A stretch of 64,000 nt of DNA from Lingula anatina (lineage: Eukaryota > Animalia > Brachiopoda): the NCBI GenBank assembly GCA_051362555.1, contig CM120641.1, positions 11,408,001 to 11,472,000 on the forward strand, given 5' to 3'. The position numbers and the translations under genes were made by a program. Shown piece by piece: positions 12,164-22,970 of the stretch. Position 1 is the first letter of the stretch. The number at the start of each line of letters is the position of its first letter. The notes under the pieces were generated by a model, which saw only the letters and a list, made by a program, of their open reading frames with translations, had not been told where the DNA came from and did no database searches.

Positions 12164-12255
12164 GATTCTATTTCGAGATACGGGGCCATGGAATCGAGAC
12201 ACTTGCGCACGTGCAAGTGTCTCGATTCCATGGCCCCGTATCTCGAAATAGAATC
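12164..12255. repeat. Perfect 43-bp-arm palindrome with 6-nt loop
   Basis: GATTCTATTTCGAGATACGGGGCCATGGAATCGAGACACTTGC-GCACGT-GCAAGTGTCTCGATTCCATGGCCCCGTATCTCGAAATAGAATC. Confidence 0.95.
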
Positions 12256-12260
12256 TCGAT

Positions 12261-12478
12261 GGAGGAGAGTCTGGCACCTTGACGAATGCGCAGCAGTAAG
12301 TTAGAGAGAAAGATAATGACGGTCACGGTTGCTTTGAAAAATGTGTTTGTCGATTTTGTGCAACAACAAGACGAAGAAGGTGAGGTCCATATACACACGA
12401 CAGATATGAGTCCAAACTGATGAAATCCACAGATAAGAGATATTACTGCGCATGCGTCCAGGCGTGAGAATCTCCTCC
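12261..12478. mobile_element. MITE-like element with ~35-bp imperfect terminal inverted repeats
   Basis: GGAGGAGAGTCTGGCACCTTGACGAATGCGCAG...TTACTGCGCATGCGTCCAGGCGTGAGAATCTCCTCC. Confidence 0.55.
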
Positions 12479-13058
12479 GAGCGCAGCCGAGAATTAATTA
12501 CAGCTTTGGAAACGACTCGCTCGCGCTGCTAGTTAATTACGCCGCGAGGTGTTCAGGGCACAGACCGTGATCACTAGATACCGCCAATGGATTTTTGGAT
12601 TTTTAGAATTTGGATTTTTCATGTGAACGGTGCCTTACTTTAATTTTAAGTTGTATTTTCTTTTCAGAAGACTTTATTACTTTGCCAATAAATTTTACAC
12701 AATAAAAAATTATACCAAAGTTTGAAGGTAAACTAAGTTTGAAAACGTTCCAGTTATAGGGACCTTTCAGATCATGTACTAGTAAGGCCGCGACCTAAAT
12801 ATGGCGGACCTACATGAAGAGAAGACCGCTAATCCTGTAATGGTCCCTCTCACGATCCTCCCCACGTGTTCACGTGTTTTAATTGCTGTGCGCCTGCAGG
12901 GACGGGGCGATATATTTCCCTAATCTGACTTACACCTCACTGTCCACTAGGTCATATGACTTGTGAGTAGTACTCTAGTAAACGCTCTGATAATCATACA
13001 CTAAGTCTTAGGAGACACACGACATGTGACATATGGAAACATTATTATTTTGGGTACA

Positions 13059-13183
13059 ATGATGAAGGCGAAATTTTTTGCTCTGTGCATAAGCACGATT
13101 TCGATATTTTCCATTTATTGGGCGGAGAGAAAATTAAGTAGCAGATATGTCATGAACACTAGGATTTTGCCAAAAGGTAAAAA

Positions 13184-13228
<45 letters not shown>

Positions 13229-16200
13229 TCATCTCGGCATGCATATGATTATCACAATCCCCTACTCAAGAGGCGTGCCAGACATTTAATCTGCTTCCAC
13301 TGCTGCGAGAATCCCTCAGCGTATGATCGACCTAGTTGGTACAATGGGTTTGTGGGAACGCAGTCTCAGTCACTTAAAACTTGCCTCAGCAGGGACTTGT
13401 TACTTAATAATAAAGCGTTACTGCCAGGGTCACATAGATAGTATTCTTTCACAAGATAGTCTCACCCTCCCTCTGTCTCTGTCATCATCATCATCATCAT
13501 CATCATTATCATCATCATCAATGGCCATATTTGCTGTTATCCAAACACAAAGCCTGAGAGATGCTGTTTACTTCCCACATCGCCGGATGGAAGGTCGATT
13601 CAGAACTAATATAGCAGAGTATTTTGCCATCGGAATGCGCTGAGTTCCTCCCACAAAAGAAAACTAAGAAAACGGTGTTCAGTTTCAAACACCCGCACTA
13701 AGTAATGCAAGGATACAACGCGTAGGGTAAAACATGGCGGTGCCTAGGACACATTGTCCAATCATAGGACGCAATTAGACGTAACCTGCATATGCATGAG
13801 TCAAACTATGACCTAATTTCACCCAATGTCAATGACTGTCTCCCCTGGCTTGGCAGTGACACATTCAGCTGTTCTTTTTGAATCATTATGCCATTACTTT
13901 CAAATTACTGTTTTTCTTTTTATCAAGAGCTTGTAAAATATGTGGGTATTACCTCCAATATTTCTGTGACTGTCAGTCACCATCATCAGGGAGTAAATGG
14001 AAGAATTTGAAATGAAAGCACTCCAAACAACACCCAACCCACCTAAGTTCTGGGGAAGATATGTTGATGACACAGGAGTCGTATCCAAGAAGACGCATGT
14101 GCAGGCACTGTTTGAACACATTAATGCACAACACCAAAGTATACACTTCACAATAGAAGAAGAAAATGTAGAAGGTTCTCTGCCAATGCTAGATGTAAAG
14201 ATGACCAAAGACAAAGAACGGATTAAAACCACAGTGTACAGGAAAGCCACGAACACAGATCACTACTTACAGTGGTCGTCTCATCATCCAACCTCGCAAA
14301 AACTTAGTGTACCAGCTTCACTTTTCCACCGATGTGAGACCGTGATATCCGATACAGAAGACAAACAAACAGAAAGGAAGAAGATTGAAAAAGACCTGTT
14401 AGCATGTGGATATCCAAAATGGGCACTAAAACAAGGGGAAAAAAGAGGCAAGAACAGACATGACAAAGAAAAGGATGCAATGGGCCTCATTGAGGGTGCA
14501 AAGCAAAGTATAGTGTTACCATACTGCCAAGGTCTGTCAGAAAAACTAAGCCGGGTTTATAAAAAATATAACATCAAACTCCACCATAAGCCAGGTTGGA
14601 CGCTGAGACAAGCACTAGTGAAGCCCAAGGATCCTCTAACCCAAGGAGAGCAATGTGGTGTGATATATTCAGTCAAATGTGGAACCTGCCAAGGAGAATA
14701 CATTGGCGAGACAGGAAGACCATTAGCCACAAGAATGAAAGAACACAAAGACTCAGTGGCCAAAAACAACTGGAAATCAGCCCTTGGAGAACACACCTGC
14801 AAACATCCAGGTCACCACATAGACTTTGACAGCCTGAAAGTGATAGACAGGGAAAACTGGACATTCCAAAGAAAAATAGCAGAAGCTGTACACATCAGGA
14901 CCAAACAACCAGACCTGAACAGACAGGGGGGGTATGATTTACCAGCTATCTACCTCACGGTGCTCCAGAGGGATGCAGAGGAGCCCCGGGGGGAGCAAGT
15001 AACAGTTACAACACAAGGCCAGTGATTAGGGGCAATTGACCTGGATTTTCATTCCAGGTGAAATGACCCTAGTCATTTACTCCCTGATGATGGTGACTGA
15101 CAGTCACAGAAATATTGGAGGTAATACCCACATATTTTACAAGCTCTTGATAAAAAGAAAAACAGTAATTTGAATTTATACATACAGAGCTAATGAAACT
15201 GTTCTCTCATTATGCCATTAGAATTGTAGGTAGCCCCAGTGAGAGTTTCTTCCTTTAAGTAAATATTGTCCCATACCAGAACTGCGGGAAATCCTCTTAA
15301 GAAACCTGCTGGTATATCACTGGAGGATAGCACTTGGAGTCGGACAATACTGGCCTTTAGGCACATGATGCTGCTATTTTTTTTTTTTTTTTCAATAATA
15401 TGAGCAGTTGGGAAGACCTGGTATAGGTACTGAAGCATTTCCTGTGATATTTCAGTTCAACCACTACACAAACTTTGCCCCTTTTGTGCACAAGGACAGA
15501 CTGATCTTTTTTACCTCCGCCAAGGAGGTTATGTTTTCACCCCTGTTTGTTAGTTTGTCTGTTTGTCTGTCATGGACCGATTTTGATGAAATTTTCAGGG
15601 TAGGTTAGAAGTGATTAGTTTTTGGTGGTGATCTGGATCAATAATCAATCAATAATCAATAAATCAAAAATCAATCATCAACATAACTCAAAAAGTTATA
15701 GACTGATTTTGATGAAATTTTCAGGGTAGGTCAGAAATGGGTTAACTTAGAATGATTAGCTATTGGTGGTGATCCGGATCAATAATCAATAATAATCAAA
15801 AATTGCTGCCTTGGCGGAGGTCTGCGCTCTCTGAGTGTTTTTATAGTTTTTTTTTTTTTTTTTCTGTTGTCTTGGTCAAGTTGCCTATGAGTAGAAGAAA
15901 AGAAATGAAAAACATTTGCTTCAATATAAGGCCGACTTTGGATTAAAAATTAATTTGCCATATGCAATCAGTAACTATTATAATGTAAAATACTATTTGT
16001 ACAGCATTTCTTCTCCATAAAATATTTAGAGAGCTAATATAGTTACGGTAATGTGCCATGAATTTCGTACAGAAAAAAAATAATTAAAATAAGGAAAAGG
16101 TCGGTTTGTTCGAAATTCATGAAATGGGAAGTGCTCAAAGACTGTTGATGTTCGAATTTCATGAAATTCTGTCATCTTTAAACGGAAATTGTCTGTCCCT

Positions 16201-19200
16201 TATGTTCTCTTTTCCCGACGATCTCTGTGGCAGTTACGATATTGTGTAAAAGGTGAGTGTCAGTAAATTGCGACCCAAGAGATACCGATCGCTGTGTACG
16301 GCCTAAGGTGCTAGTTAACGAACGGTACTGGGTACTGTTGGCTGGGAACGCAAAACAGCATCGTTTTCAGTAGTGTCGTTTTTCAAAAGCGAATCTGGCA
16401 GCCAAAAAATAGTGCCGTATTTCGAAAACCACCCCGGCGCTCAGAACGGGGTGGACGGAGGGAGAGACGGCCGGCGATTAGCGTCTATCCCGGCCAGATA
16501 ACCTTCACTGTGGAACCGTTGCTCCTTTCCGTGCGCTGAAGCCGAGACGACAGTCGATCGGTGTCTATAGCGCACGTACAGGTAGCCTTCATCGGCGATT
16601 ACCGTCTTCCGCTACCAGGTTCGTTGCCTTCGCCGTTCAAGTCGGGTGAAGCATTACACGGTAGCGCGTCGTCACCTCGCCGTGCGCCGTCTTCGACGCA
16701 TACGTAGCCTCCACTGCAGAAGCCGGACTCGGCATTACGGCTTCTCTCCGCCGTGCAAGGAGGCCACTACGCCCGCAGATCGGTATGTACGGCGTACAGG
16801 TAGACTTTACCAAGGCAGCCGTACTGTGTTTTACAGTTTCTCACCGCCGTGCGCTGCGACCAAGATGACCGCTGATTGTTGTCTACGATCAAATATAGGC
16901 TACTGGGGGGGGGGGGGTGCTATGGCCACTTTTTCCTTTCAGGCAACCCAATTTGACCAGCAACTGTCCGACAACGCAAAAGATTTCCTGGCACATAGTT
17001 GCGCCAATGTACGCATTTGAAAAGTGTGTACATTTTGTCATTTAAACCATCTCCAAACAAACAGGCGAGTGATAGGTAATCTAGACGAAACCATAAGGCA
17101 GTTTTCATATTCGTTAGCGATCCATGCTAGACAGGAAGTTAATTTTTATATTCGTTCAAGGAAATGGAAGATTATCGTTGGGGATTTCGTGAGCGATGTG
17201 AGCGCGACGATAAGGCAATTTCCATACTAGTTCAAGGGACTTCTACTGTATTCTACTGTATTCGCCAGCAGGAGATTGTCAGCGATCCGAGCAAGCCTTT
17301 TAGGGAACTTTTCAGTATCTAAACTGCTGGTGGTGGTGGTGGTGGTGGTGCTGCTGCTGCTGCTGCTACTGCTGCGCAAAGCGGCTGGGACTGACTTTGG
17401 TCGAGGGGACTGTAAAGGCGTGTCCAGCTTTGTCCTCCAACGTCCAACACAGCACTAAGGGACCACAAGGGCTTCCAGCATGTATGAATAAAATATCGCA
17501 AGGGCAGTGCAGTAGCCAATCAGAGGCCGTGGTTTAAGCCAGATACAACACTCGTCGCCGAGCTGTACGTGAAAATTACTCGTTGTTCAGTTCACAAATA
17601 TTATCTCCAGACTTGTTACTAATTTGATGGAGTCACTTGCTTGTGCACTCGACTCGTTTTATGGCCTTATCTGTTATTATAAAACGTAAGTGGTCGAGTG
17701 CAATTTGCGTAATTAAAATCAGTAACCATCGCCAAATAATGCAATACAGAATCCACCATAGATAAGAAATATGTATAAAGGACGTTCGATGATATTGAGA
17801 GACTGAGGGAGACCGCTCGGGAGAGCTAAGAGACGGGAGCGAGCCATGGGAGATGGTTTAGAAGGTTGAGACTTCACGTAGCGTCAACAAATAAACCATT
17901 AAACTGGTCATTATGTGTCCTTGGGTTTTCTTTGAGCGACTTTACGTAAAGCTGACACGAACCATGGAATCGCAGATTGCGTTTTGAGCCTATATAAAAG
18001 TTATAATACCTAATACACTCGTAATATTTCACGTACAGCTCGGCGACTCGTATTGTATCTATCACATATTGAACGGTCACTTGATGTATGACCAGATGTC
18101 AAGATGACCATGTATCAAGAGATTGAGAGTAGTCGAGAAGCACTTAGTACAGTCACATCAGTCAACACAAAAATATTCAGAAAATATGACCAATCATACC
18201 ACACCGCCACCCTTTTAACAGTTATAATAAATCAAATTCACACTATGGCCACTATCTTCCCACTGGTATTTCTAACACCTGTCAGTTGTCAACAGATCGT
18301 TGTAGTTTGGGAGAAAAACGTGAAACGGAGACTTCGGGTAATCTGCTATTATAATATACATGTAGATATCTGAAATATGACCACTCTTCTTAGTTTCAGA
18401 TAGGACACAAGGGGCCAACCCTCCAGGTGGAACATATTTTGCCAGTATTGGACAACTTCCCGATGACACGTCTTCTGCTGGTCCTTTACCGTACAAGGTC
18501 CCGGGACGGACATGTTCTCACGTCAGTTGTAAAGCAAAAAGACATATTGTTTCCTTGAAAGTTCATAAGTGTGGCTCTACCACTGTCTATTCAATCTTAG
18601 ATCGGGCAGCAGTAAAATACGGGTTGACCGTTTTAAACCCACTGCCAGGAAGATCTAGTTTTTACCCGAGTAAAGGTAAAAATGACCCGAGAGCTCATTT
18701 TAGGAGAATAACTGTTGCAGACGCCGCATTTAACCCTAATAAAACGTATGACATGATGATTAATCACATGATATTTGATGCTGAAGTTGTAAACGCCATG
18801 ATGCCTAATGATTCATTTCGCATAGGAATTGTCCGTGAACCATTTTCTCAATTTAAGAGTGCTTTTAACCATCTGTCTATGGAAAGAAGATTTAATATTA
18901 CATCTTCTAATAGTCTGCTAACGTTTTTCCAAAATCCGTATAAATATTGGAATATGTACACGCACCGAAATCATAAAAGCCTTATAAGAAATGGGATGAT
19001 CTACGAGTTTGGATTTCAAGATGACGATATGGAAATCAGAAACAACGAAACTTTTATCGAACAATACATTAATTACATAGATAAACAATTTGATTTTATC
19101 ATTGTGAATGAGCTGTTCGATGAAAGTTTGGTTTTACTTGGTAGAAAATTATGCTGGAAGGTACATGATCTGCTATATGTTAAGCGAAATGTTGGTAAGT

Positions 19201-19493
19201 ACACTCCTGAATTTAAGAATGAAGACGACCCATGGATCATTCAACAGCACAAAGCATGGAGTAAAGCTGACTATCACTTGTACGACTACTTTTTGACCAA
19301 AATGAAAAAGACAATTGCTTCTCAAGGTAAAGACTTTTATGACGAGCTTGCAAGTTTTAAAAATGCTTTGAAATGGGCGAAAAGATGTGGGTTTAAAAAT
19401 TGGATAGATGTCTGTAAACGAAATGTCAGTGGAACTTACCTTGCGCTGCAGTGTGTGAAATTTGGCCGTAGGGGCGGATCCAGGATTATTTGA
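13059..19493 (+). CDS. Galactose-3-O-sulfotransferase-like copy 2; exons 13059-13176 and 18400-19493
   Basis: Exon 1 MMKAKFFALCISTISIFSIYWAERK... is a type II signal anchor ending AAAG|gtaaaa (phase 1). It joins in frame to the catalytic exon (KVHKCGSTT, REPFSQFKSAF). The stop codon lies inside a MITE. Confidence 0.88.
13189..13221. repeat. (CT)n microsatellite just after the exon-1 donor; also at 22931-22966 in copy 3
   Basis: Pure CT runs at paralogous positions. Confidence 0.9.
13951..13994 (-). ncRNA. Antisense copy of the minimal hammerhead ribozyme
   Basis: Exact reverse complement of 15079-15122 within the inverted terminal repeat. Confidence 0.75.
15079..15122 (+). ncRNA. Minimal type I hammerhead ribozyme in the Penelope terminal repeat
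   Basis: CTCC-CTGATGA-TG-GTGAC(TGACA)GTCAC-A-GAAATATT-GGAG: catalytic core CUGAUGA and GAAA, stem II GTGAC/GTCAC, stem I CTCC/GGAG, palindromic ATAT stem III as in minimal PLE hammerheads. Confidence 0.8.
15513..15838 (+). mobile_element. Non-autonomous Helentron/HINE (DINE-1/pearl-like) element, family A
   Basis: T-run|ACCTCCGCCAAGGAGGT (subTIR plus IR), GTTT/GTCT microsatellite, two core repeats, 3' subTIR CTTGGCGGAGGT plus short hairpin and T-run. Confidence 0.75.
17541..18060. mobile_element. MITE-like element with ~38-bp terminal inverted repeats
   Basis: AGATACAACACTCGTCGCCGAGCTGTACGTGAAAATTAC...GTAATATTTCACGTACAGCTCGGCGACTCGTATTGTATCT. Confidence 0.7.
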
Positions 19494-19741
19494 AAAGGGG
19501 GGGGGGGGGGTCCGGTACGGCAGGCCTTGCGAAGCCGACCATCGCCCTCTTGGTGTGGGGTGTGCAGCTTGCTCAAGGGCCCCGAAAAAATTTTGGAGAG
19601 CAAACTGTACCTTTTGGTATAGTTTAGAACTATGATTTAGATAGTCGAAATTCTAATTTCAAAAGGGGAATATTGGTGTAATATATTTTTCAGAAACCGA
19701 AGGGACCACCTGACCCCTCCCCTCCTCTAAATCCGCCACTG
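19471..19741. mobile_element. hAT-type MITE inserted into the last codons of sulfotransferase copy 2
   Basis: 8-bp TSD TGGCCGTA at 19463-19470 and 19742-19749; termini GGGGCGGATCC...AAATCCGCCACTG; copies 1 and 3 have the empty site TTTGGCCGTAC. Confidence 0.9.
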
Positions 19742-21255
19742 TGGCCGTACATATAAACACAGGTTTTACTGATCACTCGAAAGAAGATACGAAATCTTCA
19801 CTTATGTAATATATGGTGCCTGCCACAGAAAAGATTATCGTAGCTTGATCATTGCTAGGCAAAGCCTGTTTGTCCAGGTAAAATCTACATTCGAGCAAAA
19901 AAGTTCGGAAATATGATATCGTTTTTCAATAATTATAAACTATGTAATGTTGTAGGAAAATCTTCATTGTATATAAAAAAGAAACGCACGGTGGGTGAAT
20001 TAAAATTTGGTTAAATGTTTACCTTAGCTTATATGGTTATTTCATAATCATTCTAAATAATAGTTTCCTAACTCTTTTGGTCGAGTGTATTTGAGGACTA
20101 TATTGTATGGAAGAGGCCCAATTGAAAAATATTCGAAACAAATTTAAAATGAAAAACTAAATTATATTACTGCAATTACAGTAGATAAGTGATATTTTAA
20201 TATGTATGTAATTGTAAATGTGGGATATATAAAGGAATTGTGGTGGTGATAGTGGGAATAAAAGTTGGTTTAAACGGCCCTTGCTGTTTGTTTCCACTTG
20301 ATCAACATCCAGGGACCTGTTTCACAATATATCGTCCGTTGAACTGTTAGTCCGGAATTTTAGTTTATTTGACCCTAGATAAATCAGTCGAAGTCCAAGG
20401 TTTGCACCCTTGTTAAAAAAAGAAAGGCGTCAATAATGTTTCAGATAAATACTTTATTTAAAAGGACTACTATTAAATGGATTAACTTGGAACTTAAGCA
20501 GACAAAATTAGGCCTAAAATTTTTGACCAATTTTACGACGAAAAGCAATCCTCACCGTCTTCTGTGTCACATTTTTTTAAATTGCTTTGAGTGACTTAAT
20601 TTATCCATCATTTTCTAAAACCAAATTTGATAGGAAATGTAACCCGGGAATGAGTAAGAGCGCAGGCACATATGTCGACCTATCATAATAAGGTTTATCC
20701 ATTCAGATTCACTAACTGTATGTATATTTTTAGTCTTACTAGTCCGACTACTGCCTGTGCATCAGAGATGAAAAGTCGGCATTTTGAATGCAATGCAATG
20801 CGATGCGTTAGAGAAAATGGAATGATCTGAGCACAATATGTTTTGGGACTGGATGCTTCATTTCTTTTAAGAAAAACGATTTATATGCTATATACCTCTT
20901 GTAGGATCCTTAGCCTCTGATTTGTCAATTACCATGCTTCTGTGTTCGGTTTTGGGATTTTTTTCTATAACCAAGACAGCTATCAAAGTGATTAAAACGG
21001 TATCATAAAGATGGGTGAAAGCACGATCGAAGGACACTAGGGGATTTTCTTTAACTATTTCCTACTGAATTTATCGTCTTTTACCCCATATTTCAAAGGG
21101 TTATTAACTTTAGAAGACGATAACTTTTAAACAAACGATTTCCTTCAGAATCCCTGATATCCATCTGTAGTCCACATAGTTCACAACAGTTACACCCAAA
21201 CCCAATATAGAGGTGTGAAAATAGTATCATCGGTTCTCAGTTTTGATAGTCAGAA

Positions 21256-21425
21256 CAGGGGCGGATTTAAGCCGTCTTCTGGGTCTTCCGGAAGACGGTC
21301 AGATTTTCAAGTTTACATTGACGGATATCTAATTCATTCTGTGGGAAGACGGTCAAAAAATAGAGGATGGATCAACAAAATATAATATGGAAGACTGTCA
21401 GAAAATATCTCTGGATCCGCCCCTG
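21256..21425. mobile_element. MITE with CAGGGGCGGAT termini and 5-bp TSD
   Basis: CAGAA|CAGGGGCGGATTT...GGATCCGCCCCTG|CAGAA; a decayed relative lies at ~53441-53593. Confidence 0.75.
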
Positions 21426-22810
21426 CAGAAAGTTTCATTTATTACAGATCAAGATATTTTATTTACCTGTTGACTATTCCGCCTGTTCACTTTAACAGAT
21501 TTTGTCGCAACTGAATTACATGTTCAGGTGAAAGTGAACAGGTAATCACCTCAGTCTTGATGATGACTTGTTAGTCCCTCTCGCCCCCTTCCCTAGGGTG
21601 GGTTTTGGAAAAACATGGGACAGTTTGTGTGCTCCTTCATCTCTGTTCATGGTGTGTTTCTTTCTTCTTATCCAGATGAAGTCCAAAACTTTGCCCACAG
21701 CAGAAATAACACCTAAACTATAATGTATCCCCAGAGTACTCAAAGAGAACACACCTATTAGAACGATAGTGGATTACACAGTTCGAATGCATACATGCTC
21801 ATACATGTGTGAGAGGGGGGGGGGGTATTCACACTTCACAGGTCACAGGCATGCTCTTAAAATATTTAATGCACAGATTACAAACTATGTTCTAGGGTCC
21901 CACATAAAGAAGTTTGTATCAAAGTTTCACTCTCCTGGAACCATGAATAATTAAATAATTCATCGTCTAACTCCAAAAATGAACATACGTTACTGTCACA
22001 AATGCAAAACGTCCAACTGTGGAAACATCTTACTCACATTGAAAATTCAGTCATCTCTGGTTTTGTTCTTTAATTTTTCTCCTACAAAAATTATAATTTT
22101 CTGAAAAGAGAAGGAAATTGTTTTTAAGCAACTTCAGTTTGCTTGTCACTGAATATTTTTAAAATGGGGGATACATCCTTCAAGTTCTGACAGTATAATA
22201 AGCATTAATTAAACTATTTTTCATTCGTGATCCAACTATTATATTGGAAAAATCAAACTTTCAAGGTATCACAATATATTTTTTTAGTTACAAACAGAAA
22301 ATCCTGTTTCCTATTGTCCCAAGTACTTGCGCAAGATGAAACTTTGACAATTTTTCTGGGGAACATACGTTACGCAGCATTAGACATGACACAAACCCCT
22401 TGAGTTACAGTTTAAATATTTACAAAAACATCCTTACGTCTGTATATTAATTCCCATGACTGAATCACTACAAAATAAATCGGAACGCGATATAAAAATT
22501 AAAAGTATATGTCCCAGAACATACGCTACCGGAACATTTACATGTAGGCTTCTTACATATTGTATAGATATGGTTAAAATTAAACGTAGATGTAAAATTG
22601 AGACAGCCGTAGATTTTTATTCTATACACATATATGTTTTAAAAAATGAAAATAACTTACAATTCATTCAATTTCATTTTTTAATACTTCAGCATGTGAA
22701 TTGCATCTCTATATTGGGTTTTGGTGAGTAGCGGTTTTAATTTATTTATGACTTGCCAAGATATTTCTACATACATAATACGCCTTCAGATCTAAAGAAA
22801 AGCTTCACTA

Positions 22811-22926
22811 ATGAATGTGAAAAATTTTACTCTGTGCATTACCACGGTATTGATAATTTCCATTTATTGGATGAATAGTAATTTAAGCAGCAGATATGTG
22901 ATGAACACCATGATTCTGCCAAAAGG

Positions 22927-22970
<44 letters not shown>

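Larger units (their letters stand above)
13899..15174 (+). mobile_element. 5'-truncated Penelope-like retroelement (RT C-terminus/thumb plus GIY-YIG endonuclease; ORF 13997-15025) with an inverted 101-bp terminal repeat
   Basis: PKFWGRYVDDT (RT motif C), VYRKATNTDHYLQWSSHHP, GVIYSVKCGTCQGEYIGETGRPLATRMKEH (GIY-YIG), SALGEH...GHHIDFD and LNRQGG; 13899-13999 is the exact reverse complement of 15074-15174. Confidence 0.95.

Noticed and set aside
13900-14864. Several minus-strand and alternate-frame ORFs over the Penelope element
   Set aside because: Shadow ORFs of the RT/GIY-YIG frame.
16646-17020. 124-aa Arg-rich ORF
   Set aside because: GTG start, no domain similarity; explained by GC-rich degenerate repeats.
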